From Candidatus Burarchaeum australiense (lineage in GTDB: Archaea > Micrarchaeota > Micrarchaeia > Burarchaeales > Burarchaeaceae), in NCBI GenBank assembly GCA_902386535.1, contig CABMJK010000039.1:678-64677 (forward strand): 64,000 bases of DNA, read 5' to 3'. Made by a program: the position numbers and the translations under genes. Below are positions 15,709-25,449 of the stretch, piece after piece. The notes below the pieces were generated by a model, which made no database searches, was not told the origin of the DNA, and worked only from the letters and a program-made list of their open reading frames with translations. Numbering within the stretch: position 1 is the first letter of the stretch; each line of letters starts with the position of its first letter.

Positions 15709-16992
15709 ATGAGCAAAGTGAAGGATTTGGGCTTGAAGGCAGAGGGCGAGGACGAGCTTTCGTGGGCCCGCGAGAACATGCCTGCGCTGGCCAGCATAAG
15801 GAAGAGGTTCGAGAAGGAGAAGCCGTTCAGGGGCATGCGCATAGCCGTGGCCCTGCACCTGGAGAAGAAGACTGGCATATTGCTCGAGACCCTGAAGGCA
15901 GGCGGAGCCGCGGTTGCGGCCGCATCGTGCAACCCGCTCACCACCGACGACAGGGTGGCGGCCGCGCTGGCAGGGCAAATGGAAGTTTACGCGTGGGCGG
16001 GCGAGAATTCCAAGGAGTATGAGTGGTGCCTGGGCAAGGTGCTGGACTCGAAGCCCAACATAGTCATCGATGACGGCTGCGACCTCATACTAATGCTGCA
16101 TGACAAGAGGAAGGAGCTGCTGAAGGACGTGCGGGGCGCGTGCGAGGAGACCACGACGGGCGTGCGCAGGCTGCGGGCCATGGAAACCGATGGAAAGCTG
16201 AAGGTGCCGGTGATAGCCGTGAACGACGCCTATTCGAAGCATCTTTTTGACAACAGGTTCGGGACAGGGCAGAGCGCCGTGGATGCCATAATGCGCGCTA
16301 CCAATGTAGTGCTAGCGGGAAAACGCGTCGTAGTCGTGGGCTTCGGCTGGTGCGGCCGGGGCATTGCCGAGCGCATGCGGGGCATGGGTGCGCGCGTGAT
16401 CGTGGTCGAGGCTGCCGGCGCGCCGCTCAACGGCACGGAAAGCGGCTACCACCGGGCGCTCGAGGCGCTTTACTCGGGCTATGACGTCATGACCATGGAC
16501 GAGGCGGCCCGCGTGGGGGACATATTTGTTACGGCTACCGGCAACAAGCACGTCATAGCGCGCAGGCATTTCGAGCTGATGAAGGACGGCGCCATGGTGG
16601 CCAATGCCGGCCACTTCGACCTCGAGGTCGACGTGCAGGGCCTCAGGCAAATGGCGAAGAAGAGCAGGAAGCTCGGGCCGAACCTGGAGGAATATCTGCT
16701 TGGGAACGGCAGGAGGGTGCGGCTTCTTTCCGAGGGAAGGCTCGTGAACCTGGCGAGGCCGAGCGGCCAGGGCCATCCGGCGGAGATAATGGATGCCTCG
16801 TTTTCGCTGCAGGCGCTGAGTGCCGAACGAATAGCCAAGCAGGGCGGCAGCATGCTGCCCGCGGTCCACGATGTGCCGCCCCAGCTGGACGAGATGGTTG
16901 CGCGGCTCGTGCTCGAGTCGAGGGGCGTGCGGCTTGACAGGCTCACCAAGGAGCAGGAGCACTACGTCAACTCGTGGCGAGAGGGAACCTGA
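15709..16992 (+). CDS. ahcY: Adenosylhomocysteinase
   Basis: SCNPLTTDD, ETTTG, GFGWCGRG (NAD-binding), ATGNKHVI and GHFDLEV motifs over 427 aa. Confidence 0.95.
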   Translation: MSKVKDLGLKAEGEDELSWARENMPALASIRKRFEKEKPFRGMRIAVALHLEKKTGILLETLKAGGAAVAAASCNPLTTDDRVAAALAGQMEVYAWAGENSKEYEWCLGKVLDSKPNIVIDDGCDLILMLHDKRKELLKDVRGACEETTTGVRRLRAMETDGKLKVPVIAVNDAYSKHLFDNRFGTGQSAVDAIMRATNVVLAGKRVVVVGFGWCGRGIAERMRGMGARVIVVEAAGAPLNGTESGYHRALEALYSGYDVMTMDEAARVGDIFVTATGNKHVIARRHFELMKDGAMVANAGHFDLEVDVQGLRQMAKKSRKLGPNLEEYLLGNGRRVRLLSEGRLVNLARPSGQGHPAEIMDASFSLQALSAERIAKQGGSMLPAVHDVPPQLDEMVARLVLESRGVRLDRLTKEQEHYVNSWREGT

Positions 16993-17065
16993 AGTTCGAT
17001 TGGACCGTTTGGCTCCGACAACCGATTACATTTAAATACGGGCCGAGATAAGCTGTGCGATTCGC

Positions 17066-18163
17066 ATGGCAGAAGAAGACGAGTTTTCATCAGTGCCCAG
17101 CGGGCTTAGGAAAAAGCTGGAGGAGGCAAAGGCCAGGGAAAAAAACCCGCAGCCCGAACTCCCAAAGGCGGCTCCGGCACTCAAGAAGGAGGAAAAACCC
17201 GCGCAGTCGCTTCTTTCGCAGCTCATTCCGCCGGCAGCTAAAAAGGAGGAGAAAGCTGCGCAGCCTGCGCCAGAGGCACCCCGGCTTCCCCAGCCGAAAA
17301 GGGAGGAACAGCGGATTGAAAAAATAGCGCCAGCACCCGCCCGCGCACCAGTTCCCGCTGCGCCGGCGAAACCCATAATCTCGAAGAGCGCGGTGGAGGA
17401 AATTCCGGCCCGCAGGCCCGAAGCGCCTCCGGCAAGAAAACTGGAATCTCCCGCCCAAGCTTCGGCGGCCTCAGCAGCTTCACGGTCAGCAGCGCAACCT
17501 ATCAGGCCCACAATAGCAGTTCAGGCCGAGAAACGCCCCACGGTCGCAAGGATGCAAATCCGGGAACCGGCAAAAACCGAAGAGCATGAGCGCCGCGTGC
17601 CCATCAAGCATCTGACATCCATGTCAACGCCCCAGAGCGAGCAGCAGGTGGCCTATGTCGAGGCCGGGACCAACAAGCTGATCTACGTGGCGCTGATCAT
17701 CGCGGTCATCGCGATTTACTTCGCCTACGCCGCAAACAGCCAGGTCGGGATGATGAAGGAGCAGATACGGGGCGTGGCCGCGAGCCTGAAGGATTTCCGG
17801 GCGCGGGAGGTTTCGCTGAACGTGCCGCTTAACGGCAAGGTCATATTGAACAAGGACCTGCCGCTCTCGAACATATTCCCGCCCAACCTGAGGGCAACCG
17901 GCACGCTGACAATCCCCTTCAAGACGACCATCATTGCCAGGAATCCCTCGAGCGGCACGATTTACGAAATACCGCTGGACCAGAACGTGTCGGTGGACTT
18001 CGTCGCGCCGCTGAACTTCTCGAAGACGGGCGCGGGCCAGTCGCTAAGCATAAACGAGCAGATTCCGGTTACCAACCAAGTGACCCTGAGAATCACGGCC
18101 CGCGACGTGTGGGGCCCGGACCTAGATGCGATAATAAACAGCCTTGAAAGCGCCGGCAACTAA
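17066..18163 (+). CDS. Hypothetical single-pass membrane protein with Lys/Pro/Ala/Glu-rich N-terminal region
   Basis: The N-terminal about 190 aa are low-complexity (KKEEKPAQ / KKEEKAAQ repeats). This is followed by a TM segment (LIYVALIIAVIAIYFAYAA) and an about 150-aa C-terminal domain. Confidence 0.6.
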   Translation: MAEEDEFSSVPSGLRKKLEEAKAREKNPQPELPKAAPALKKEEKPAQSLLSQLIPPAAKKEEKAAQPAPEAPRLPQPKREEQRIEKIAPAPARAPVPAAPAKPIISKSAVEEIPARRPEAPPARKLESPAQASAASAASRSAAQPIRPTIAVQAEKRPTVARMQIREPAKTEEHERRVPIKHLTSMSTPQSEQQVAYVEAGTNKLIYVALIIAVIAIYFAYAANSQVGMMKEQIRGVAASLKDFRAREVSLNVPLNGKVILNKDLPLSNIFPPNLRATGTLTIPFKTTIIARNPSSGTIYEIPLDQNVSVDFVAPLNFSKTGAGQSLSINEQIPVTNQVTLRITARDVWGPDLDAIINSLESAGN

Positions 18164-18234
18164 GGACCGGACCGCACGCCTTACTTTTCGGCCAGCCTTG
18201 AAAGCACCCATCCCGAACGCCGGCGGCGCGCCGA

Positions 18235-18897
18235 TTAAGTTTCCGCCAGACGCGCCTTCTTTATTTCTAGCACGCCCGAACCGCCGCTCCACTTTTTCTC
18301 GGCCCGCTCGATGATGATGCGCTGCTTGAAGAAGGGCGCCCAGGTGACAAAAGTCTCGCCCTCGCCACCCTCGAAAATAGGGTGGACGCCTTTCGCCTTC
18401 CGCAGCTGTTCGAGCTCAACTATCGCCTTCTCATCTATTTTCCTGCCCAGCCAGCTAGCATCCATTCCCTCGGCCGCCACGCCGGTAACCAGAATCTCGA
18501 GGCCGCTGGCGACCATCTCGCGCAAATAGGAAATCGGCTCCTTGCGCCAGAGCGGCGCGAAGCTGTGCAGCCCGAGCTCCTCGCAGATTACGTCGATTCT
18601 CTGCTTCTGGTATTCGCTCTCGACCGCGCCGCTCACGACCGCGTCTATTTCCAGCCCTGCGAGAAGCTCCTTCAAATCCTGCAACTCGCGCTCGTTCGTC
18701 GTGCGCCTCAGCGTTTGCGGAATGCCCATTGCCTTTGCCTGCAGGGCGGTCAGTGGGATGTTCGGATGGTGGAACATCAGCGAGTCGGCCTCTGGCTCAA
18801 GCGTGATTAGGCGCTTCGCCTCGTAGCCCTGCTGGAGCGCGCAGAAGAGGGCGTAGGTCGAGTCCTTGCCGCCGGAGAAGAGCGAGGCGATGCGCAT
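18235..18897 (-). CDS. ATP pyrophosphatase of the MJ0570 / diphthine-ammonia ligase (Dph6 N-domain) family
   Basis: MRIASLFSGGKDSTYAL is the PP-loop SGGKDS motif. Size (220 aa) and downstream conservation fit the family. Confidence 0.8.
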   Translation of the reverse strand: MRIASLFSGGKDSTYALFCALQQGYEAKRLITLEPEADSLMFHHPNIPLTALQAKAMGIPQTLRRTTNERELQDLKELLAGLEIDAVVSGAVESEYQKQRIDVICEELGLHSFAPLWRKEPISYLREMVASGLEILVTGVAAEGMDASWLGRKIDEKAIVELEQLRKAKGVHPIFEGGEGETFVTWAPFFKQRIIIERAEKKWSGGSGVLEIKKARLAET

Positions 18898-18912
18898 GGG
18901 AAAATCACATCA

Positions 18913-19671
18913 TCAAACGGTTGCTCTTGGGGGAGGGGTGCGATTCCCGGCGCCGGTTGCGCGGTTGCCCGGCGTTGGGCTGGCAGCGGCCCGGAATTGC
19001 TGAGACCGCTGAACGATCGCTCCCTGAGCAGCGCGAATATTTTTTGGCAGTTCATCTAAAATGAACTCTGAGCAAAAGGGCAGGGTTGCGCGTTCCAAAA
19101 CATGGCGGGTCTTGAACCCGACTTGAAGCACATCCAAGTGGTCCCACATCTTGTCAAGCACTTTGTCCTGCGCCGGCAAGGCAAGCACTTCGGTAATTTT
19201 GACGAATGCTCTTGCAACTGCATCGTCCACACATAATCCGATGGGTGCCTTGACCAGGTAATTCACGATGTCGGCCGCGGTGCTTGAATTCGCCATCGAA
19301 CCGAGCACACATACCAGCGTTTGCGCTATCGACTGGTCTAGCGGTGGTTCTGCAGTCAGTACCGCGCCCGCGCGCGGCATTGCGGCCTCCAATGCAGTTC
19401 GGATGGAAGGATCATCGCCGTGAAATGCTTGACAATCCCAAATCGCGTCTGCCGCGCCTTTACGCACGGAAGGAAGCGGATGTGTTTCCAGAATTTCAAC
19501 CAGGGGCAGCACGGCGCCCGGGCCGCCCTTGTACCCAAGCTCATCTACCGCCAAGGCGCAGAGTTCCTTCCAGTCTCCCGGAGAGTTGTCGCCGCGATTG
19601 ATTATTATTTCGATTAGTTCCGCCCGTGCCTTGTCATCCAGATATGGGGTGCTGTTTTTGACCATAATCAA
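18913..19671 (-). CDS. HEAT/PBS-lyase-like repeat protein (252 aa)
   Basis: GAVLPLVEILETHPLPSVRKGAADAIWD resembles HEAT-like repeats. The C-terminal tail is Pro/Ala-rich. Confidence 0.5.
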   Translation of the reverse strand: MIMVKNSTPYLDDKARAELIEIIINRGDNSPGDWKELCALAVDELGYKGGPGAVLPLVEILETHPLPSVRKGAADAIWDCQAFHGDDPSIRTALEAAMPRAGAVLTAEPPLDQSIAQTLVCVLGSMANSSTAADIVNYLVKAPIGLCVDDAVARAFVKITEVLALPAQDKVLDKMWDHLDVLQVGFKTRHVLERATLPFCSEFILDELPKNIRAAQGAIVQRSQQFRAAASPTPGNRATGAGNRTPPPRATV

Positions 19672-19700
19672 ACCTGGGGCATCCTGATGACTTTGACGAG

Positions 19701-20924
19701 CTACTGCACGGCGCGCACCGCAGGTGTGCGGGATTGCGCTTGCGCGGCAGGAACGGCCTGCACGCCAGACCGCTGACCAACCTCGTTTAAGCGGGCGTTG
19801 ACTGCCCTGAGCGCTTGGCGAACATAACTGAGCGCATAATCCAGGTCTTTGCGAGTATAACGCGTTCCGGGGTCACCGAAGGTAAGGTCGTATTTCTGGA
19901 GTCTTGCATTCTGCTTCTCCAGAAGCCGCAGGTACTGGGCAACGGCCAGGAGTTGTTTGCGTGAAAGGTCTTCGCAGTTTTTCGCAAGCTGTCCGAGGGC
20001 ATCAGCAACGCACTTGTCGACTATGGGATGACGCCGTGCCTTGAAAAGAGGAGCCAACGCGAACTCATCCCCTGCTTTTCCCAGCACGCGCGCCAGGGAG
20101 CCGGCAATGGAAACATCTTTCTCAATGCCCAGCGTTGCGCCCAGATAAAGCTGGTGGGAATTCAGCTTCGCTTTCACGGCAGGATCCGCCGAACCGGCGA
20201 GGGTTTCAAGAGCGCCAGCCATGGCAACGCGCACCGCGTGCGGGACGTCGGGATAGGTGGTGTTGTCCAACCTCAAAACCAGGTCCTCCACTGCGCGAGA
20301 GCCGCCGTTTTCCCCGAGCCAGTTCACTGCGAGCACGATGCCGGGCACCATGCCGGGATGATCGTAATCTAGCTGCTCAAGACAGGAGTTAAACCGGACT
20401 TCGAAATTGCTTATGCGGGTTTCAACCCCGACAATAGCGGCCTGACGCGCAGTTTCGGATAATGCCGGGAGCTCGGACAGACGCGCCTTTATGGCCGTTA
20501 ATTCTGGCAGGGATAGGACGCAATGCGAAGTTTCTGAAGCTTTGACTAGCTGGAGCAAGGCATTGGCGATGTGGTCGTCCAGCATTTGAGAGGGCGTTGC
20601 CTCGAGCAGGTAGGGCAGGGCGCGCTTGTCGGCCAGATTTCCAAAAATAGTCACGATGGCCATGCGAAGTTGCTCGTTTGCCGTTTCGTGGTCGTCGGTT
20701 TTCAGCAATAAGCCAAGGCGGGGTATCCTTTTGGATATTTCTAACCTCGCAACAGTCCTTACGGGAGGTAGTTTTGATGTTGAAAGTTTTTCGAGGCTTT
20801 GGGCTGCATTGCAGCGCGCCGCAGGATTTGGGCCGCTTTCCGTGATTCCTACGAGACGCTCAATCTTTTCTGCAAAATCCTGGGTATACGTTTCAGGGTT
20901 TGGGGGTTCCGCGTGTTGAGACAT
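19701..20924 (-). CDS. HEAT-like repeat protein (407 aa)
   Basis: Repeated helical units such as RALPYLLEATPSQ...ANALLQL and RAVEDLVLRLDNTTYPDVPHAVRVAMAGALETLAG. Confidence 0.5.
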   Translation of the reverse strand: MSQHAEPPNPETYTQDFAEKIERLVGITESGPNPAARCNAAQSLEKLSTSKLPPVRTVARLEISKRIPRLGLLLKTDDHETANEQLRMAIVTIFGNLADKRALPYLLEATPSQMLDDHIANALLQLVKASETSHCVLSLPELTAIKARLSELPALSETARQAAIVGVETRISNFEVRFNSCLEQLDYDHPGMVPGIVLAVNWLGENGGSRAVEDLVLRLDNTTYPDVPHAVRVAMAGALETLAGSADPAVKAKLNSHQLYLGATLGIEKDVSIAGSLARVLGKAGDEFALAPLFKARRHPIVDKCVADALGQLAKNCEDLSRKQLLAVAQYLRLLEKQNARLQKYDLTFGDPGTRYTRKDLDYALSYVRQALRAVNARLNEVGQRSGVQAVPAAQAQSRTPAVRAVQ

Positions 20925-21065
20925 GCCTGGTAATATGCCTTTTTAGATTTTTAAAGGTTTGAGCGGTCGCTGGTGCGGGGGATACGGACAAGACCCGACC
21001 ATCAGTGCGAGTGGTGAGGCGAAGTCTCGACAATCAGTGTGAATTATGCGGCCGGACCTCTGGGC

Positions 21066-23222
21066 TCAGCCGTACATCGTATTCACGGTCTCGGCGAATT
21101 TCCTCATGCCTTCAAGCCTTTCCTTGGTGACCGTGGGCCTGATGGTCTTGTAGGCATGGTCGAAGTTGGCCTTGCTGACCTTCGACGCCTCGGACCGTAT
21201 GGCTTCCATGCCCGCCTCGCGGCAGATTGCCTCGATGTCTGCGCCCGTATAGCCTTCAGTCATGGCTGCGAGCACCTTCACGTCAACGTCCTTGTCAAGC
21301 GGCATCTTCTTCGTGTGCACCTTGAAAATCTCGAGCCGCGTCTTCTCGTCGGGCACGGGTATTTGCAGCACGCGGTCGAACCTGCCGGGCCGCAGGAGCG
21401 CGGGGTCGACGAGCTCAGGCCTGTTGGTCGCGCCCAGCACGACCACATTCTTCAGGTTCAGCAGGCCGTCCATTTCGGTCAGCAGCGTGTTCACGACCCG
21501 CTCGCCCACGTGGGAATCGGACTCGCCGCCCGAGCGCGCGCTCGCTATGGCGTCAATCTCGTCGATGAAGATTATGCAGGGCGAGGCCATCCTCGCCTTC
21601 CGGAAAATCTCGCGTACCATCTTCTCGCTCTCGCCCACCCATTTGCTGAAAACTTCGGGTCCCTTTATCGAGATGAAATTCACCTGGCTCTCGGTGGCCA
21701 CAGCCTTCGCGACCAGCGTCTTGCCGGTGCCGGGCAGTCCCACGAGCAATATTCCCTTCACAGGCCTTATGCCCATCTTGCGGAACACTTCGGGCTTCTT
21801 GAGCGGCAGGTCCACGGCCTCGGCCAGCTCCTTCTTCACGTGCTCGAGCCCGCCCACGTCGCCCCACTTCACGTTCGGTATCTCGACGAACACCTCGCGC
21901 AGGGCGCTGGGGTGGATGTCGCGCAGCGCGGACATGAAGTCCTCGCGCGTCACCTGGAGGCTTTCGAGAATCTTGGGCGGTATGAATTCCTGCTCCAGGT
22001 CAATCTTGGGCAAGATGCGCCTCAGAACGCGCATGGCACCCTCTTTCGTGAGCGAGGAAAGGTCAGCGCCGGTGTATCCGTGGGTGATGCTTGCCAGCTC
22101 GTCGAGCGAGACGTCCTCGGCTATGGGCATGTTGCGCGTGTGTATCTGCAGGATTTCCTTGCGCGCGTTCCTGTCAGGTATGCCGATTTCAATCTCGCGG
22201 TCAAAGCGGCCCGGTCTGCGGAGTGCGGGGTCAATGGCATTCGGCCTGTTGGTCGCGCCTATGACGATCACATGCCCGCGCGCCTTCAGTCCGTCCATCA
22301 AAGTCAGGAGCTGGCTCACCATCCTGCGCTCGACCTCGCCCGTTACCTCCTCGCGCTTGGGCGCAATCGCGTCCAGCTCGTCCATGAATATTATTGTGGG
22401 CGCGTTCTCCTCGGCATCCTTGAACACCTGCCTCAGCTTCTCCTCGCTCTCGCCCACGAACTTGCTCACGAGCTCGGGTCCCGCAATATGAATAAAATTC
22501 GCCTCGCTCTCGCTCGCAACCGCGCGCGCCAGCAGGGTCTTGCCCGTGCCGGGCGAGCCGTAAATAAGCACGCCTTTGGGCGCCTCGATGCCCAGTCTTT
22601 CGAAAAGCTCGGGGTGCCGCATGGGCAGCTCGACCATCTCGCGAATCTTCTGCACCTCCTCCTTCAGTCCGCCGATGTCCTCGTAGGAAATGCTAGACGT
22701 CACTTTGCCCATGTCCTTGATGGGCTCCTCCTTGACCTCGACCTCGGTGCCCTCGCTCACGAGCGCAATGCCCTGGGGCTGCACGACAGCCGCAACCAGC
22801 GGGAAGGAAGTGCCGAAAAGGCCGACGTAGAGCGTGTCGCCGCGCGTGAGCGCCCTGCCCTTGAGCTTGTTCTTTATGAAAGAGCCGAAGTCCGGCGAGA
22901 AACGCATGGGCTGGTTGGGCGCGAGAATGACCTTCTTGGCCTCCTTGAGTTGCGCCTTGCGCACGTAAATCTTGTCGCCTATGGCCACGCCCGCATTCTG
23001 CCTAAGATAACCATCCATCCTGATTACGTTCAGCCCCTCGTCCTGCGGGTGCGCCTGCCACACTACGGCCGCCGTAATCCTTTTTCCTTTCAACTCGACA
23101 ATGTCGCCGCTCGTGACCCCAAGGACCTTGTAGGCCCGGGAATCTATGCGCACGATGCTGCGCCCCACGTCATTCTGCAACGCCTCGACTACCTTGAGTT
23201 CAATGCCATTTGTCTCAGCCAT
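21066..23222 (-). CDS. cdc48: CDC48/VCP-like AAA+ ATPase (two AAA domains plus N-domain)
   Basis: Two Walker A motifs ([22 protein letters not shown]), two Walker B motifs ([16 protein letters not shown]), and the CDC48 N-domain start [21 protein letters not shown]. Confidence 0.95.
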   Translation of the reverse strand: MAETNGIELKVVEALQNDVGRSIVRIDSRAYKVLGVTSGDIVELKGKRITAAVVWQAHPQDEGLNVIRMDGYLRQNAGVAIGDKIYVRKAQLKEAKKVILAPNQPMRFSPDFGSFIKNKLKGRALTRGDTLYVGLFGTSFPLVAAVVQPQGIALVSEGTEVEVKEEPIKDMGKVTSSISYEDIGGLKEEVQKIREMVELPMRHPELFERLGIEAPKGVLIYGSPGTGKTLLARAVASESEANFIHIAGPELVSKFVGESEEKLRQVFKDAEENAPTIIFMDELDAIAPKREEVTGEVERRMVSQLLTLMDGLKARGHVIVIGATNRPNAIDPALRRPGRFDREIEIGIPDRNARKEILQIHTRNMPIAEDVSLDELASITHGYTGADLSSLTKEGAMRVLRRILPKIDLEQEFIPPKILESLQVTREDFMSALRDIHPSALREVFVEIPNVKWGDVGGLEHVKKELAEAVDLPLKKPEVFRKMGIRPVKGILLVGLPGTGKTLVAKAVATESQVNFISIKGPEVFSKWVGESEKMVREIFRKARMASPCIIFIDEIDAIASARSGGESDSHVGERVVNTLLTEMDGLLNLKNVVVLGATNRPELVDPALLRPGRFDRVLQIPVPDEKTRLEIFKVHTKKMPLDKDVDVKVLAAMTEGYTGADIEAICREAGMEAIRSEASKVSKANFDHAYKTIRPTVTKERLEGMRKFAETVNTMYG

Positions 23223-23367
23223 GTTATCGTCCTCTTTTGAATTCCAATTTCCGCGAAAGCATTTCGCCGCCAGCCTTTATATAAGTTTAAACTCCGGCGA
23301 TGCTCCGAGGTCATATATTGGACATCAAATATTTAAATTTAATTACCCCCTCCGCCCATCTGAGGGC

Positions 23368-23928
23368 ATGGACGTCCTATTCCACTTCCTTTTCACGCTG
23401 ATGGCACTCTATGCCGCGCGCGTGCACGTGAGGCACCACCACCTCGCGCCGCTCATCTTCGCCTTCGTGGCCACGCTGCCGGACGTGGACCACTTCCTCG
23501 GCCTCGTCGCCCGCGGCACGCTGCACAACATATTCGTCACGTTCTTCTTCCCGCTCATACTCATCGCCCTCGCGTTCAAGTACGAAAAATACGGGGTGTT
23601 CTGGAAGCAGATGAGCATACTGTTCTTCCTCGTGCTGGTCTCGCATCCCATCCTGGACTTCTTCACGTCCTACAGCGTGGTTTACTTCTATCCCGTGAGC
23701 ATGCAGCACGTGGACTTGACGAACTTCGACATACAGTTGAACGTGGAGGGCGAGACCTATCCGATTGTTTCCTCCGCGAGCGCGGGCGTCCTGGTCTATG
23801 CCTTCATCCTGGCCGGCGCCTTCTTCCTAGAGGAACTCGTGGAAATCCAGGACCGCACGCACCGGGGCTTCCGGTATGCGCTGGGCCGCCTTGGCGAGCA
23901 GGTAAGGAGCTGGTTGAGGGAACCCTGA
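23368..23928 (+). CDS. Membrane-bound metal-dependent hydrolase, DUF457/YdjM-like
   Basis: The start is set to ATG 23368 (MDVLFHFLFTL...) because the track ORF N-terminus overlaps the cdc48 start region. LPDVDHFLG and SHPILDFF are His/Asp motifs in TM helices. Confidence 0.6.
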   Translation: MDVLFHFLFTLMALYAARVHVRHHHLAPLIFAFVATLPDVDHFLGLVARGTLHNIFVTFFFPLILIALAFKYEKYGVFWKQMSILFFLVLVSHPILDFFTSYSVVYFYPVSMQHVDLTNFDIQLNVEGETYPIVSSASAGVLVYAFILAGAFFLEELVEIQDRTHRGFRYALGRLGEQVRSWLREP

Positions 23929-23990
23929 AAAAGACATAAATACTTTTCAAGGGGTAATTATGTCGTCTGCGCCGCCTAAGGCTGGGAGGC

Positions 23991-24449
23991 ATGGTGGCGA
24001 AGTTGGGGGAATTAGTGATGACGATTGATAGACCGGGAGGAGACTTGGCGCTTAGGATTGCGAGTGGGAATCAGACGCAACCAGCCGCCAGGCAGAGAAA
24101 ACGCAACGATTTTGAGCTGATGGACGGAATGAAGCGCACGAGCGGACAAAGAATGCTATTCGACATACAATTCGGTACTACGAGCGCTTCCGCAGTCTTG
24201 GTCAACGAGCTTGGCCGCAGCATCTTGGAGGAAATGGATGGAAGCCCGGCAGCCCGCAGCCTTTTGCAAGAGAGATTGGGGGAAGTATCTAAAATTTTGC
24301 AGGGGCTCATAAAAGACGGCTATGTGGAAATCGAGCGCCGCGAAGGCGGGCAGGCTTTGCTTAAGATAACCGAAAGCGGTTTGAAATATATTACTTCAGG
24401 AATGACGAGCGAACATGAGGCAGTCGTGGTTAGCGGCGTGCACAGGTAG
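23991..24449 (+). CDS. Hypothetical winged-helix DNA-binding protein
   Basis: The C-terminal LGEVSKILQGLIKDGYVEIERREGGQALLKITESGLKYI resembles a MarR/ArsR-type wHTH. Confidence 0.45.
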   Translation: MVAKLGELVMTIDRPGGDLALRIASGNQTQPAARQRKRNDFELMDGMKRTSGQRMLFDIQFGTTSASAVLVNELGRSILEEMDGSPAARSLLQERLGEVSKILQGLIKDGYVEIERREGGQALLKITESGLKYITSGMTSEHEAVVVSGVHR

Positions 24450-24451
24450 GC

Positions 24452-25444
24452 CTAATCCAGCCTTGTCTTTTCCAAGAAGATTCCGTGCCTACTCGTGACC
24501 TTGCCGATTCTCCACGCCCTTATTTCATGCCTCTTCGCAATCGAGATGCAGGCATCCGCGTCCTTCTCGGGCAGGACCACGCACATGCCGACGCCCATGT
24601 TGAACGTGCGGTACATCTCGCGCTCGCTTATTTTTGCCGCGCGCCATAAGGCCCTGAAAATTGCCTGGGGCTCGGGCATGTCGTCCAGCTCGATGCCGAC
24701 CCCGGCCCGCTCGGCGATGCGGTTCAGCTTGGAGAATGCGCCTCCGGTTATGTGCGCCAGTCCGTGCACCTCGAGCGAGTTCACCATCTCGAGCACGGGC
24801 CGCACGTAAATGCGCGTTGGCACGAGCAGCTCCTGCAGCCATTTCTTCTCCTTGAGCACCTTGCGCGCAAGAGTCAGCGCGTTGGAATGAATGCCGCTGC
24901 TCTCAAGCCCGATGACCGCGTCGCCGGGCTTCATGGCCTCGCCAGTTATCGGCTTCCCGCTTTCCACCACGCCCAGGCAGGTTGCGGCCAGGTCAAAGCC
25001 AGTGCAGCCCTTCTCGCCCTTTATGACGTCGCGCATGATGGCGGTCTCGCCGCCCACGACGGAAACATCGGCCTCCTTTGCGCCTTCCACGAGCCCCTTC
25101 ATGAGCTCGCGCGTGAGCTTCGCGTCCTCCTTTTCGAGCGCAAGATAATCTACAAGCGCAACGGGCCGCGCGCCCACGCAGATTATGTCATTCACGTTCA
25201 TCGCTATGCAGTCAATGCCAACCGTGTCAAACTTGCGCAGCTTCTGCGCAACGAGAACCTTCGTGCCCACGCCGTCGGCGTGCATCGCGAGTATCTGGTC
25301 GCCCCGCCGCAGGAGGCCCGCGTAATGGCCGTAGATGGGCAGAACGTCTCCGCAATGGGTGGAGCGCAGCAGCGCGTCTATCTCCGCGTGCATGCCCTTC
25401 ACCTTGCGCACGTCAACGCCTGCCTTGGAATAATCGAAAGCCAT
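24452..25444 (-). CDS. purM: Phosphoribosylformylglycinamidine cyclo-ligase (AIR synthase)
   Basis: The start is trimmed to ATG 25444 (MAFDYSKAGVDV...). DGVGTK motif and typical PurM length. The upstream part of the track ORF overlaps purD in another frame. Confidence 0.9.
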   Translation of the reverse strand: MAFDYSKAGVDVRKVKGMHAEIDALLRSTHCGDVLPIYGHYAGLLRRGDQILAMHADGVGTKVLVAQKLRKFDTVGIDCIAMNVNDIICVGARPVALVDYLALEKEDAKLTRELMKGLVEGAKEADVSVVGGETAIMRDVIKGEKGCTGFDLAATCLGVVESGKPITGEAMKPGDAVIGLESSGIHSNALTLARKVLKEKKWLQELLVPTRIYVRPVLEMVNSLEVHGLAHITGGAFSKLNRIAERAGVGIELDDMPEPQAIFRALWRAAKISEREMYRTFNMGVGMCVVLPEKDADACISIAKRHEIRAWRIGKVTSRHGIFLEKTRLD

Positions 25445-25449
25445 TTGGT

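Noticed and set aside
21039-23240. 733-aa plus-strand ORF covering the whole cdc48 locus
   Set aside because: It is antisense to an unmistakable CDC48 gene. The translation is Arg/His/Leu/Ala/Gly-rich with no motifs, typical of a shadow ORF in high-GC DNA.
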